Assembly (NCBI RefSeq): GCF_006345805.1
Contig: NC_042997.1
Location: forward strand, 162,192,001-162,256,000
From: Octopus sinensis
Taxonomy: Eukaryota
Direction: 5' to 3'
DNA length: 64,000 nt
Part shown: positions 12,781 through 25,100 of the stretch, one piece after another
Layout: every line of letters begins with the position of its first letter
Numbering within the stretch: position 1 is the stretch's first letter
Made by a program: the position numbers and the translations under genes
Notes under the pieces: model-generated
What the model saw: the letters and a program-made list of their open reading frames with translations, nothing else
Databases searched by the model: none
What the model was told of the DNA's origin: nothing

Positions 12781-13507
12781 TACACTCTCGGAGTACCTAC
12801 ACTCTCGGAGTGGTTGGCGTTAGGAAGGGCATCCAGCTGTAGAAACACTGCCAGATCTGACTGGACTGGTGCAGCTTTCGGGCTCCCCAGACCCCAGTTG
12901 AACCGTCCAACCCATGCTAGCATGGAAAGCGGACGTTAAATGATGATGATGATGATGATGTAGTTCTGAACTGAAGAGTTTCTCATGGGAAAACCAATTC
13001 CACTGACTTAGATAGATTGGTGAATTTCACTATTTATTGACATTAAGTGAGTTCATGGCTCGCAGGACGGCCTGCTGTGCTAACCTTGGATCGTTGGGTG
13101 ACCTGCCGTACTTGAAGAGACCTATTAAGTCAAGTACATCAACACGAAAATCAAATGGAAATTGTAGTTGTGATACCCGTGCTGGTGGCTCATAAAAAGT
13201 ACCATCTGAATGTGGCTGATGCCAGCGCTGCCTTGACTGGCATCCATGCCGGTGACACGTAAAATGCACCAACCAATTGTGGCCATTGCCAGCCTCCTCT
13301 GGCCCCTGTGCCAGTGGCATGTAAAAAGCACCCACTACACTCATGGAGTGGTTGGCATTAGGAAGGGCATCCAGCTGTAGAAACACTGCCAGATCAGACT
13401 GGAGCCTGGTGCAGCCTCCTGGCTTCCTAGACCCTGGTTGAACCGTCCAACCCATGCTAGCATGGAAAACAGACATTAAACGATGATGACGATGACGATG
13501 ATGATGA
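12781..13507 (+). mobile_element. Two tandem RTE-tail retroposons (family C) ending in (GAT)n
   Basis: Shared gagtggttggc.ttaggaagggcatccagctgtagaaac...ccaacccatgctagcatggaaa..gacgttaaa(tga)n. Other copies at about 14100-14340, 22980-23280, 35369-35698 (inverted), 39330-39640 (inverted), 42050-42430. Confidence 0.85.
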
Positions 13508-14978
13508 TTAACTACAGAACAATTTTATGTCCTTCAATTAAGGTTGTATTCTGTTATAAGAAAGTGACAAAGGTGCATATTTTGCTTTTCTTTTGATATT
13601 CAGACTTTTGTATAACTATTTCCATATAACTATAAAAGTATGATTTTTCAAATGCAAGCAGAAGGTCATCAATTTTGGTGGGTTTGGATATATATAAATT
13701 GGTCAAAATGAACTCTATAATTGACTGGTACTTAATTTTTTTTACTCTGGAAGGATGAAGGGCATATTTAGTCTTGATTAGATTTGAACTCAGAATATAA
13801 AGGGATATATATAAATACCACAAGTAATATTACTCAGTGTGGCATTAATTATTCCATCTATCTGCTCTGTTATTAATAATGATTGTCAACTTTAGCAAAA
13901 AAAGTACAAATTTGGTATTACAAACCCAATCTCTAAATGTAGAGGGAACTTGTGGAAGGGGTAGACTTAAGGAGACATGGTGAGAAAGGATCTTCAGACA
14001 TTAGGTCTCAGTAAGGAGATGACAAGAAACTGGATCTTCTGACAATTTGCTGTACTTGAGAAGACACTGGAATCTAAGTAAAATCATGGCCATCCATACA
14101 GGCATGTCCTTTATGGCTATGCCTCCCAATCTCTCTCTCTTAGCTGAGAGATCCTTAGCTTGTGAGTTTGCAGGTGCTAGTGACACATGAAAGTACTCAG
14201 TGCACTCAGTGAAATGGTTGGCATTTGGAAGGGCAGCTGTTGAAATCATGCTTAAACTGACAAGTGGAGCCTGATGCAGCTGATCAGCTCCTGTCAAACC
14301 ATCGAACCCATACTAACTTGGAAACGGACGTTAAATGATGTAAAACATTAGACTACATGGAAACTAGTGATGGGTGGCAACAGCAAATATTAAGCACAAT
14401 GAATTCAACCTTGCATATTTTTTATATTAGTTTTATTTTTATACAAGTTTTTTTTTTCTTTTATAGTTGCAATATAGTGTACTTCTAATTCATGATTATC
14501 CCTTTCAGTATATATGAAAAATATTAGTAAAATTGAATGTTTTCAAATTTTATCACCTCTGGTTTAGAATTGTTTGGATGTTTTAGACTTAATGTTTCTT
14601 GACAAGCAATTCCAGTAGTTATGAATTACCTGTAAGTATTTGATCTGACATGATATTTATTGCTTTTTAAACCAAATCCCATTTGCCCAAGCAAATAATT
14701 CACCTTAAACAAGCCAGTGAGGCAGAGGTTACTCAGTATAGTTGTCTGATCTGTAGGAAATAGTATCCAAATCCCGAACTATTGTTAACAAAAAAAAAAG
14801 ACCTAATTTGAAATAGACTATCCCTAAAAAGACAGAGTGGTCACACCTAGAATATCTTTGATAATAGTAATTTTATCAGTTTTGGTACTATAAACAACAA
14901 TCTTCAGGTTTAACATGTAACTTTCTCTTTGTCAAGCACTCTAATATCTGTTTTGTGACTGCAGAATACATACATGTG

Positions 14979-15331
14979 TGGAGCAATAAATAACAATGAG
15001 AAGTTGATCATTGATATTAAAAGGTCATAGTTTAATTGTAGTTCAGAACCATTTACAACTGTTTCTGTTTATCAAATCGGAATAAATTTGCATTTATCTC
15101 GTTCCATTTAACAAGCATCGTCAAGCCTAAAGACTTAACAAACATTTTCCGTTTTCTTTTGCCTTTTCCTTTTCCTTTCATTTTTTTCCTATTTATATTC
15201 CTCTAAATCATTCTGACGATGTTTGTTAAATGGAACGAGATAAATGCAAATTTACTTCGATTGGTTCTGGACTACAATTAAACAATATTTTGATACCAAT
15301 GATCAACTTCTCATTGCTCTTTATTGCTCCA
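14979..15331. mobile_element. MITE with long (about 140 bp) inverted arms
   Basis: tggagcaataaataacaatgagaagttgatcattg...aaatttgcatttatctcgttccatttaacaa mirrored by ttgttaaatggaacgagataaatgcaaattt...caatgatcaacttctcattgctctttattgctcca. Confidence 0.85.
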
Positions 15332-15857
15332 TTTCTTTTCTTTCCTATATATATATTAAAACCACAGTTTTATATTTAAATTACCAACTACTGTATACCT
15401 TTTAGCTAGGACTATACATATTGAGGTAATACACCAGTAGTGCCTACGGATACATTTATCCCTTAGATGGTTGCATAACCTCTAACTCATAATTTTCTTT
15501 ATCATCATCATCATCATCATCATCGTTTAACGTCCGCTTAAACAATATATATATATATATTGTAATACATGCATATAATAGGGATGACCACTTAGTGGAC
15601 ATCCAATATACTAGAAGAAGATCACCTACAATCTAACTACAAAGAAAAGAGTGTTCTCTAGAGAAATTCAGCAAAAGTGCACTTGCTTTCAGAAGGCATC
15701 AACTTTTCCAAATACAATTTCTCCAATGTAATTGCTATGGGTGAGACTGCAGTATTTATGGGCCAAGGATCTAAAACAACAATTGGATAGGTACCTCATC
15801 AGTCTACATTGCCTCAACGGGTTACGAAAGTGCAAAAGTTACTTGTATTTTTTTTTT

Positions 15858-16152
15858 TTTTTACAGAGTCCCCGATTTTCGAGTAGAGATTCTGATTCTG
15901 CCAAAAAAAAAAAGACAAAAAAAAGGCATTTGAAAATTTTAATTCCCCACCCAATTCTTCATATTTGCAAAATATGTAGAAAAATATGGAGATAATCTCT
16001 GTACTTTTCTACATATTTTGCAAAAAAAAATTCTGAAAAAAAGTGAAAATTGAAGAATTTGGTGGGTGGGGGTGGAATTAAAAGTTTGAAATGCTGTTTT
16101 TTTTTCACAGAATCAGAATCTCTGTATTCGAAAATGAGGGATTCTGTAAAAT
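15858..16152. repeat. Foldback element
   Basis: tttacagagtccccgattttcga..agattctgattctg mirrored by cagaatcagaatctct..tcgaaaatgagggattctgtaaa; inner palindrome tttgcaaaatatgtagaaaa / ttttctacatattttgcaaa. Confidence 0.8.
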
Positions 16153-16179
16153 AATAAAAAAAAATTTTTTTAATGAATG

Positions 16180-17007
16180 CAGGTGCAGTCCACATTCTTT
16201 ACGTCCACTTGCTCATCATCACAAAAGGCAAAAAAGAGAAGATTGAATGAATTTTTGGCATTTATGTCCTCAAAATGGAAAAGGCTTGGTGCACACAAGC
16301 TGTTATAAGAAAATAGATTGATTTAACTATGCCACTTGTTTTACGTGGGTCTCAAAGAGGTCTTTTAGTCTGGGATTGAGCCAGTACTCATTGCGCAAAA
16401 GATATGAAAACCTTCCTTTCTGAAAGAAGAATTGACTACATAATGATTCACTCGGGAATGACTTCATATTTACAAACATTAGATCTTGTAATAAACAAGC
16501 CCTTCAAGGATTATTTGCGAATGGAAGTGAATGGATATATCAAACATAGAAACTTTGTCAAACCCAACCTCCAAGAAGTCATGAACTGGGTGAAGAATTC
16601 ATGAAATAAAATTACTGACAGTTGCATTGCCAATGCACTATGAGCAGAGTACTTGGATAAAAAATATTCATTTAAGGTAAGTTATATTGCCAAACATGAG
16701 AGATTGGAGTCCATGATTCTACAGGAAATGGATTTGCAAGAAATTCAGTATTAAGACTGGGGTTTGATGATTTATGATGATGTTCCAGAAGAGGACAAAA
16801 TGTTTTTACTTGACTAAAAACAATAAGCAAATAAATAAACTTTTGATAATGTAAAACATGGATTTCCTTTTACACGAGGATACGAGACATTTTTGTTTTC
16901 TTGGATTTTTTCCGCAAAAATATGACATCCCCCCAAAATAAGCTATAGTGCGTTTTTTTGGAGGTAAAATGAATATAAGACCAGGTCTTATTTTCGGGGA
17001 AACACAG
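16180..17007 (+). mobile_element. 5'-truncated pogo/Tigger-like DNA transposon with DDE_1 transposase pseudogene
   Basis: KAWCT..., GLLVWD*ASTHCAKD, IHSGMTSYLQTLDLVINKPFKDYLR (pogo DDE motifs) with in-frame stops; right TIR gtcttattttcggggaaacacag followed by TA at 17008-17009. Confidence 0.85.
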
Positions 17008-19089
17008 TATTTTATCAGGAGTATTTATGATAAATAAGCTAGTTGACTCCTGTAACACATGGTTCAATTATAAATAAATAGACCACATCAGGATCTAAAG
17101 CATGTATTGTACAGTGGCTCATGAATAATTTATTAATTAGAGCCAAACATTAATTAGTTTTGTATTTATGAGTGTTTCACCTTTGTTGGTCTGTTTAAAG
17201 AGAAGAGCTGTTTTGCCGACATGGTAATATAAAGTCTGTAGAAGAGAATTATTTTTCATTTTCTGAACACCAGATTTTAATTGTTTAATTTCTGTGTTAG
17301 TTAAAGGAGGTACTGAAAAGTGCATGTCTCTCCCTTAAAATAATATCATATCTAATTTAATTTATTCAGCCATTGTATTACAAAGTGATTCTATATCATA
17401 AATTATAATAACTATAACTGCCCTGAAGTTATTATTAATGTGAAATCTAGGTTTAATTTTTAAAAAATTTTCATTTGGCCACCTTGCGACATACTGTTTT
17501 CATTTTCAATTTCCTTTCAGTTTTGCAAATAAATTATATCATTAACATTAATGTTTGAATAATTACAATATTTAAATTGAAGTTAACTTTTTAAACAGAA
17601 ATAATAATTTTATAGCAAATGAAGGAATTATTATTGAATTATAGCAAGAATATTTTTTTGCCAATGCTCAATCAAGAACACAAAGCTCATATGTTTAATT
17701 TACAATGAATGAAAATAGCATCATAGAATGGAATAGCAAATCCATGAAATAAATTAACAATTACAGAATACAATTAGTGGTTCCTGATATTGAAGGACTG
17801 AGGAAGCGCCATCAAAAGTGAAAACTAATAAACTACTGACAGAAAGGTTTTTGCAAAAGTAAAAACAGTATTATACTTCATGATCACATTTTGTTTCATA
17901 AATACCAAAAGTATTCTATTGAGCAAGATTATTCTAGTAACCAAAGTAGTGTATGGTACATGTCCTATTACCTTCAGAGAACTGTGCTTCATGTGCAAAA
18001 ATTAATTGAAGAAAATGATATATCAGTTAAACAAATATCAGCAGAGGAAATAAAAGATGTGTGTATATTAACATTTTAAGCAATTTATCTTGATACACAT
18101 TTAATGTTTTGTCTATGTATACTTTGTTTCTTTTCTTTTATTCATTTAATATTCTATCTTGTTTATGTCTATATCCGTCTACTGTGTCTCTGCTGTTTGT
18201 CTCTCAGAAAACAAAAACAAAAAAACACCTGATCTTTAAATCAATTCATTTTATATGTATGTTACAGCCATACATTTCAATAACTACTGCACAATTTGTG
18301 CCTCAACTGCATCACCTCATCAGAGAAATTAAAAGATTGCTACTCCTAAATTTTTTTGATGAGGAATGGATTTACAGACATGTTATGTTACTGTACTGTA
18401 AGTTGAAGTGGCAGTTAACATTTCAACCATCTGTTTTCACCTCTGATGAATAGTAAATCTCAAAATATTGGTAAACTTTTTTATTGGTTTAGTCTTTGCC
18501 TTTGTAGGCTCTCAATAAGCACCTTTTATTTCTTATCTGAAAACAGTTGAACCATAGATTATGGTTGAATAGCTAATACCACAATGAAGCTCCAACTATT
18601 AAGATCCCTTGTCCCATTTATGGCAGTGAAGCAGTCTCTATGTAATTGCTTGACTTGTTTGACAGAGCAGTCAAATATTTCTCAACACATATTCTACTAC
18701 TGCTTTATGAAAAAAAAAAAAAAAAAGGGGGACATATTGAATAATATAGCCCTAACTACCCCTGAAAATATAGAATGATCCTAAATGGAATGCCATTAAT
18801 CATACATCTGCTCAGTTAGGGTTCACATGGGGTAACACAACAATTCTACCAAGTTGTCCTATCAAAAAATCCAAATATATATAAAACTGCCTATAACACT
18901 GAGGAGTAAATGTAAAATAGTCGTAATGAATTTCATTATATTTTTCAAACAATTCTTCATGTATTTATTTTTGCTTTTATTTCCAGCATGAGTACTCAAG
19001 TGAAAAATCTATAAATGAAATTTGGAAACCTTTTATGAGCTTGGTTTGAGTGAATATTGTTGCTGACAGCCATATACCATCATACCATC

Positions 19090-19171
19090 ATGACAGAAGA
19101 GAATACTAGAAAGAGGAAGTTTTTTGTACTCAATCTTATCATTAGATTATGGTGTATCATAACAGTCATAG
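19090..19171 (+). CDS. TMEM72: TMEM72-like coding exon 1
   Basis: Exon opens at acceptor ttccag (exon start 18987); ATG at 19090 (accatcATGa); MTEENTRKRKFFVLNLIIRLWCIITVI|gtaaat. Confidence 0.8.
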
Positions 19172-22100
19172 GTAAATGCTTTTCTTTTTCTGTTTTTAAC
19201 GTAATTAATCCTTGATATCTTTGTTAATTCTGTTATAGAGTTTAATGTAATATTAATTGGCTGGGTACTTCTCTCATCCCTATCTCAATATCCATAAACT
19301 TTGGTCATCCAAGATCCGAACTACTGTAACCTACTAACATCACAAATGAGCTGACAAAGGAGTCTCTTAGCAGTTTCTCGTCCTGCTAAAAATAGTTGTT
19401 AAATCTACCTTAAATAACACTACTGCCTTAAAATAGGCAGGACACATTGTATATTGTAGTTCAAAATGGCTGAAAACAACACAGGATGGTCATAGTTGGA
19501 ATACTTTTGATCATAAGTTTGCTAGTTCTGGTCTGGCCTAGAGTTAAAACACTGCAAACACATCTTATTTTACCTCAAACCAACATACCAAAGAGCATTG
19601 AATTCTCTCTCACTACCAAACTCAGCCTTTACCCAAACATCAATGCCTCTGCATCTTTTAGATTGTTTTGACATGGCTTAACTCTTTAGCATTCAGATTT
19701 GTATGTCAAATGTAATACATATTCATTGACATTGATTTGAATTAATCATGCATTGTCTTGTAGCTTTGAAGTTTCAATTATGTGATTGCTTAAGTTTTGA
19801 ATGACATTGTTAGGTATATGTAATAGGCCAGATTTGGCTAGTTTGAACATAAAACAGGTAGAAAATTGTGGGGCAGATATGGCTGGTTTAATCAAGGCAA
19901 TACACCACTTCTACCTGATGCACCCTTACCAAAATACTCTAGTAATCTTGTAATCATCTATCTGAACTCAGAAGAGGAGACAGCTTCTATATCCACTGAC
20001 ATGCAAACTTATCCTAATGACCAGTACATAGCTGAGGGTACCTTAAATCTACTGAGGTACCATCTGCATTTGTAGGCTTCTATTTACCTTTTTTCACCAA
20101 AACCTTAAGTATGATGTTAAATCTGCTGGCCAATTCTTCCACCTTTATGAAAACACCTAAAGATTTCTGATCAACTTGGACCCCAGCTATCTTCTTAGAT
20201 AAAAACCACACCAAATTCTTCTCCATGCCACTCCAGGCTATACATTACCTAAAGTGTGATGTCTGAATGTATGTGAAATTCATTCTTCTCTCAATTCTAC
20301 TTAGTCCCACTTTTATCTTATCAGCAATGTCTTTCGTTTACCTCCGAAGACAGCTATCTCATTTTACTCTGAAATTATCAACCACTGTGACTTGAGTGTA
20401 TACAGCTCTTTCTGGCTGTGTCGTTCCTTCTATATTGGTGCTCTGGTGCAGAGGCTGAACTGTTAGCCGTTCTAAACTGTCTGCACCATTTTGTCAGCAA
20501 TTTATCTGTATCCCCAATACTCTCACTCTCTTGCTCATTTCCAATTCCAGCTTCTGCATCCATTAGATTATCTGTTAACGCTTCACACATCCTGCTACCT
20601 TGTCCTCCCTCCAGAATTATCTGGCACCTCAATATACCCATATGGTTGTATTACTAATGTTTATCCCCAGCAGCAAATGTGTTTCTCTTCTGCTGTTTCC
20701 AACACTGCCTTTTCTGTACATAAACAACCATCCTGCTGTCAGTTATGCAGATGCTAATACTCTTCACTTAACATCCTGCATTAAGGTATACAGGTTATAT
20801 CCACACACAACCTAAACCCCTCTGGGCAGATATACACTCATTCCATGCACACTAAATCTTGAAAACATCCTTCTCTGATGACACATCACCTCATCTAACA
20901 ACTCAGAAGACTGAACTACAACACATACCACCCCTCTCTAATCATGAGCAAAAAACACATTTAAAACCCTCAAAATCACTGTTTGAATCTCAATTTTTTA
21001 ATGATCTTAACATAGTTAAAACTAAATCCTAAAGACTAGGATTCCTGTTTAGATTCAGGAAATACTTTATGGAATTTTGAAGTGATTTAACAGTAGATTT
21101 TAGTATTTTATTACCTTACAACTTATTTGTTTATAAAACTAATTACCACTTAAGACCTCAGTATCTGAATAATCAGACATATGTATAATGAACTTATTGT
21201 ATCCAGTGCTCAGCTGCACTACAACTCATCAGGAAAAGTAACCAAAACTGCATGAACAGTATATTGAATATGCACAGGAAGTCAACAGCGAATGTATTGA
21301 AAACAAAAACAACAGCAGAAAAAAAAAAAAACGGGGATGTTGGGCATCAGGTATGCTACTGGCAAATTTCAGGAAGCATGGTAGTTTTGAAGGATGTTGT
21401 ATCTCAAAACTTCAAATAACATGGTTGTAAGACTTAGATCTCTATCACTTGAAGTAATTATTAGTGTTAATAATAATGCATGTAAGTAAATATATGCAGG
21501 CATGGCTGTGTGGTACGTAGCTTGCTTACCAACCACATGGTTCCAGGTTCAGTCCCACTGTGTGGCACCTTGAGCAAGTATCTTCTGCTATAGCCTTAAG
21601 CCAACCAAAGCCTTGTGAGTGGATTTGGTAGATGGAAACTGAAAGAAGCCTGTCGTATATATGTATATGTTTGTGTGTCTGTGCTTGTCCCTCCACCATT
21701 GCTTGACAACTGATGTTGGTGTGTTTATGTTCCCCGTAACTTAGCAGTTCAACAAAAAGTAACCAATAGAATAAGTACTAGGCTTACAAAGAATAAGTCC
21801 TGGGGTCGATTTCTTTGACTAAAGGCAGTGCTTTAGCATGGCTGCAGTTAAATGACTGAAACCAGTAAAAGAAACAATAATAAAACAAAGAAAATTCTTT
21901 AACCTATGAATGATTAAAGATGTGTTAAAGAATTGTCTTCATCTTATTATTTGGATTATTTACTCTTCACCTATCCACTTCATGGTGTGATTGTTGTGAA
22001 ACTTGGATTTTCTGCACCTGAAGAATGCCAGCATTGGCCAGGAACTGATGGTGCTGATAACCTAGTATTTGGGTCAAGTGCTTCTCTGGAAATATCCTAA

Positions 22101-25100
22101 CTTTACACCCTACTAGGACCTTAGATATTTATATGTGAATATATTTATGTATGTATTTAGTATATTCTATTTGTCTTATGGTAAATTATACACACCCACT
22201 CATTTTCTTTATATAGTCCTTTGGGTCGTCAGCATCAGATTGCTAAAACGTGATAGGACGAGGCCATTCGCTATCTCATGGTATCTAATGTAAGTATAAA
22301 TTTCATACATTTTTTAACCATATTTTGTATATCACAAAAATCGACTTCCTCCATAATCTTAAAATTAACTGATGGAATTTATTTCCTTCTGTAATTTCTG
22401 ACTAGGAAAATAAAGCATTTGAAATATGATTTCAAAGTACTATTCTATATTTCTGAGGTGAGGAACTATGTACATTATTTACAATGGACAGGTAAGTGTC
22501 CTCACCTTGTTTGTTATCACGTTTCGGCTGACATACTCTCCAGCATTCATCAGGTAGGTGTTCTGGTGGAATTTTGAACCCAACCCTTCATATGACTAAT
22601 GGGGTACGCTGTTCCCATTCTTAAGGTATGTTGCTGATGTTATTATTTTTCAAGTCCTTGCCTGAAATTGAACTTAGAATCTGAGGGTTTGTAGCCCATG
22701 CTCTTATCCACTATATGCCTGTGGGCAATTATAGTGAATTTTAGGGCTTATGAACCTAGTATTTTATCTTTTCTTAATACTGGTTTCCATATTACATTCA
22801 TATCTTAGGTTATTGTGTCCTAGCATATGTGCAGCCTCTTTTAATTTTCATATTTTCCAGTGGTGTTCTCTCTCAATTATTTTAACTTCACCCATAGCAG
22901 GATATGCTCTAACCTTTCATCCACTGACACAAGTTCCCTCCTCAAATGTTCCTGCCCCTCTCAAAATTCCTTATCTTGCAAGTTACTTGGTGACCCTGCC
23001 AGTGCAGGTGCCATGTAAAAAGCATCCAGTCCACACTGTAAAGTGGTTGGCATTTGGAAAAGCATCCAGCTGTAAAAATCATGCCAAAACTAACCTTGCC
23101 TGTGCTAGTGCCATATAAAATGCACTGAGTCCACTCTGTGGAGTGGTTGGTGTTAGGAAGGGCATCCAGCCATAAAAACTCTGCCAAAACAGACACAGTA
23201 GCCTGGAGTAGTCTTCTACCTGGCCAGCTCCTGTCAACTGTCCTACCCATGCATGCATGGAAGATGACTTTAAACCATGATGCTCTGTGTTAATAGCCCT
23301 TGCCTGTTTTTCAGGTGTTTTTTTTTTGTATCTCACAGGTCTTCAAAAGCACAGGGCAGTTGGTCATAATGCAAACAAGAAAATGTCAACATCAATACTG
23401 CTTCACTCAAACAGGCCTCAAATTGGTCAACAAATGGTGATAGTATAGATAATAGAAGACTTACCCAAGCTCCTATATAATAGGAATGGATCTGAAACCA
23501 CATAGTTGCAAACAAAACTTTGTAAATACAGCCATGGGTGGTCAGTCTGTATAACTTCATAAGGAGAATAGAGCCCGCTTCTCTGGTGTATATATTCCTC
23601 CCTGGACAGGATGCCGGTTTATCACAGGATTAATTATTTTTTACTGGCTGAGTGGACAGGAGCAGCATAAAATGAAGTGTTTTGCTCAAGAATACAATGC
23701 ATTACCCTGTTTGGAATCAACACCACAATCTTATGATCATGATCCAACACCCTAACCACTAAGCCATGCCTATATAAAAATATCTTTTGTATATGGGTTT
23801 GCAAACTTGTTTTTGAATTTATATATCCTGTCCTTTCATTTGTAAATCTTTTATTATAGGTCTGCAACTGTAATTGCAACCATCTTAGAATGCATTTGGA
23901 TTATGAACAAAATGCCTTGGTGTCAGTAAGTATTTTATTTCTGTGAATTCTTTTAAAACAAAATTTAGTTCCTGAAAATAAATTACTTTAGTTTGAACAT
24001 TTTCTTCTATCACTTGGTCCATGGAAAATGAAGTGCCCAACCTAGTTTTTATGAATCTTCATAAGGTTTTGCAGAGGTTTGCAATTCTGGGAGAAGGATA
24101 AAGTGAAACATTTTGTACAGGAATTTGCAGGAGGTAATATACTTTCAGCAGGTGAACTTGGATGGGGTTCAAATTCACCCGAGGTCTGATTTAGAGGAGC
24201 ATAATAGTAGAGAAGACAGGGCACAGCATGTTGATGGACCAGATATTAGTGAAGTGGACAAGAGCTTACAATATACTGGTGGTTAAAGTTAATCTTGAAG
24301 GCTGGAGGTTAGGTTACTTGTTTCTGTTAATTTTCAATATGAACTAAATTAAAGGCTTTTATTAAAATATAATGTAACTGAATATATTGGTATATATTTT
24401 GTTGTTAACCATATCAAATCTTAATATTATTTATGTTATGAAATTCTGAAAATTTTTTATTAAAATTTGAACATTTCAGTATGACCAAATTGGTGTTAAA
24501 AGGTCAGTTGTGTTTTAATTGAATAAATTTTTGTTTCCCCGTCTTCAGAGAGAATGGTTGCTGCTACTGTGTCTGCTGGAAAGTAGTAACATTTGTGAGT
24601 AAATGGAAAAAAGGAATTCTTTACATAGTGATGTCTTTACCGACTTTCTGGATCTCTAAAGACACTACTGATGGTCAAATTGGAGGTAAGTATAAATGGA
24701 TTACTTAAATGTAAGAGTAAACTGTTCCAAATATATGATAAATCAGCTTAGGAAGCATTGAATAATTATGTTAATTTTTTTCATAACAGAGCACTATATT
24801 TCATACTCTTTAACATGGACCCAAAGAATTTTTCTAGATTCCACACCTATTCACAAACTCGAGATATAATCTTGGTTCTTTCCTAGCATCAATTCATATT
24901 TAACAGAGTTCATCTTATACTTCCAAGTATATCACAGCGCCCTACATTTTCTGTTGTGTACCTATTTGACTGAATCTCCTAACACTCATCTACACATTTC
25001 TATTAATCTGACTATATAAAACTTGAACACTCTACTTATCTCTTATTTTATTCTACACTAGCACTATGACCTGGCAACGCTGGGTTATAGTGCTAGTGCA

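Noticed and set aside
13030-13476. Recurrent ORFs containing [11 protein letters not shown] (12738, 13030, 14001, 22942, 35409)
   Set aside because: These are antisense translations of the family-C retroposon, not a protein family.
20100-20960. Cluster of overlapping ORFs (20378-20815)
   Set aside because: No consistent splice sites or recognisable domain; probably an old retroelement fragment in TMEM72-like intron 1.
24553-24567. NGCCY occurs both in the TMEM72-like loop and at the Pcl N-terminus
   Set aside because: Only five residues in unrelated contexts with synonymous differences; treated as coincidence.
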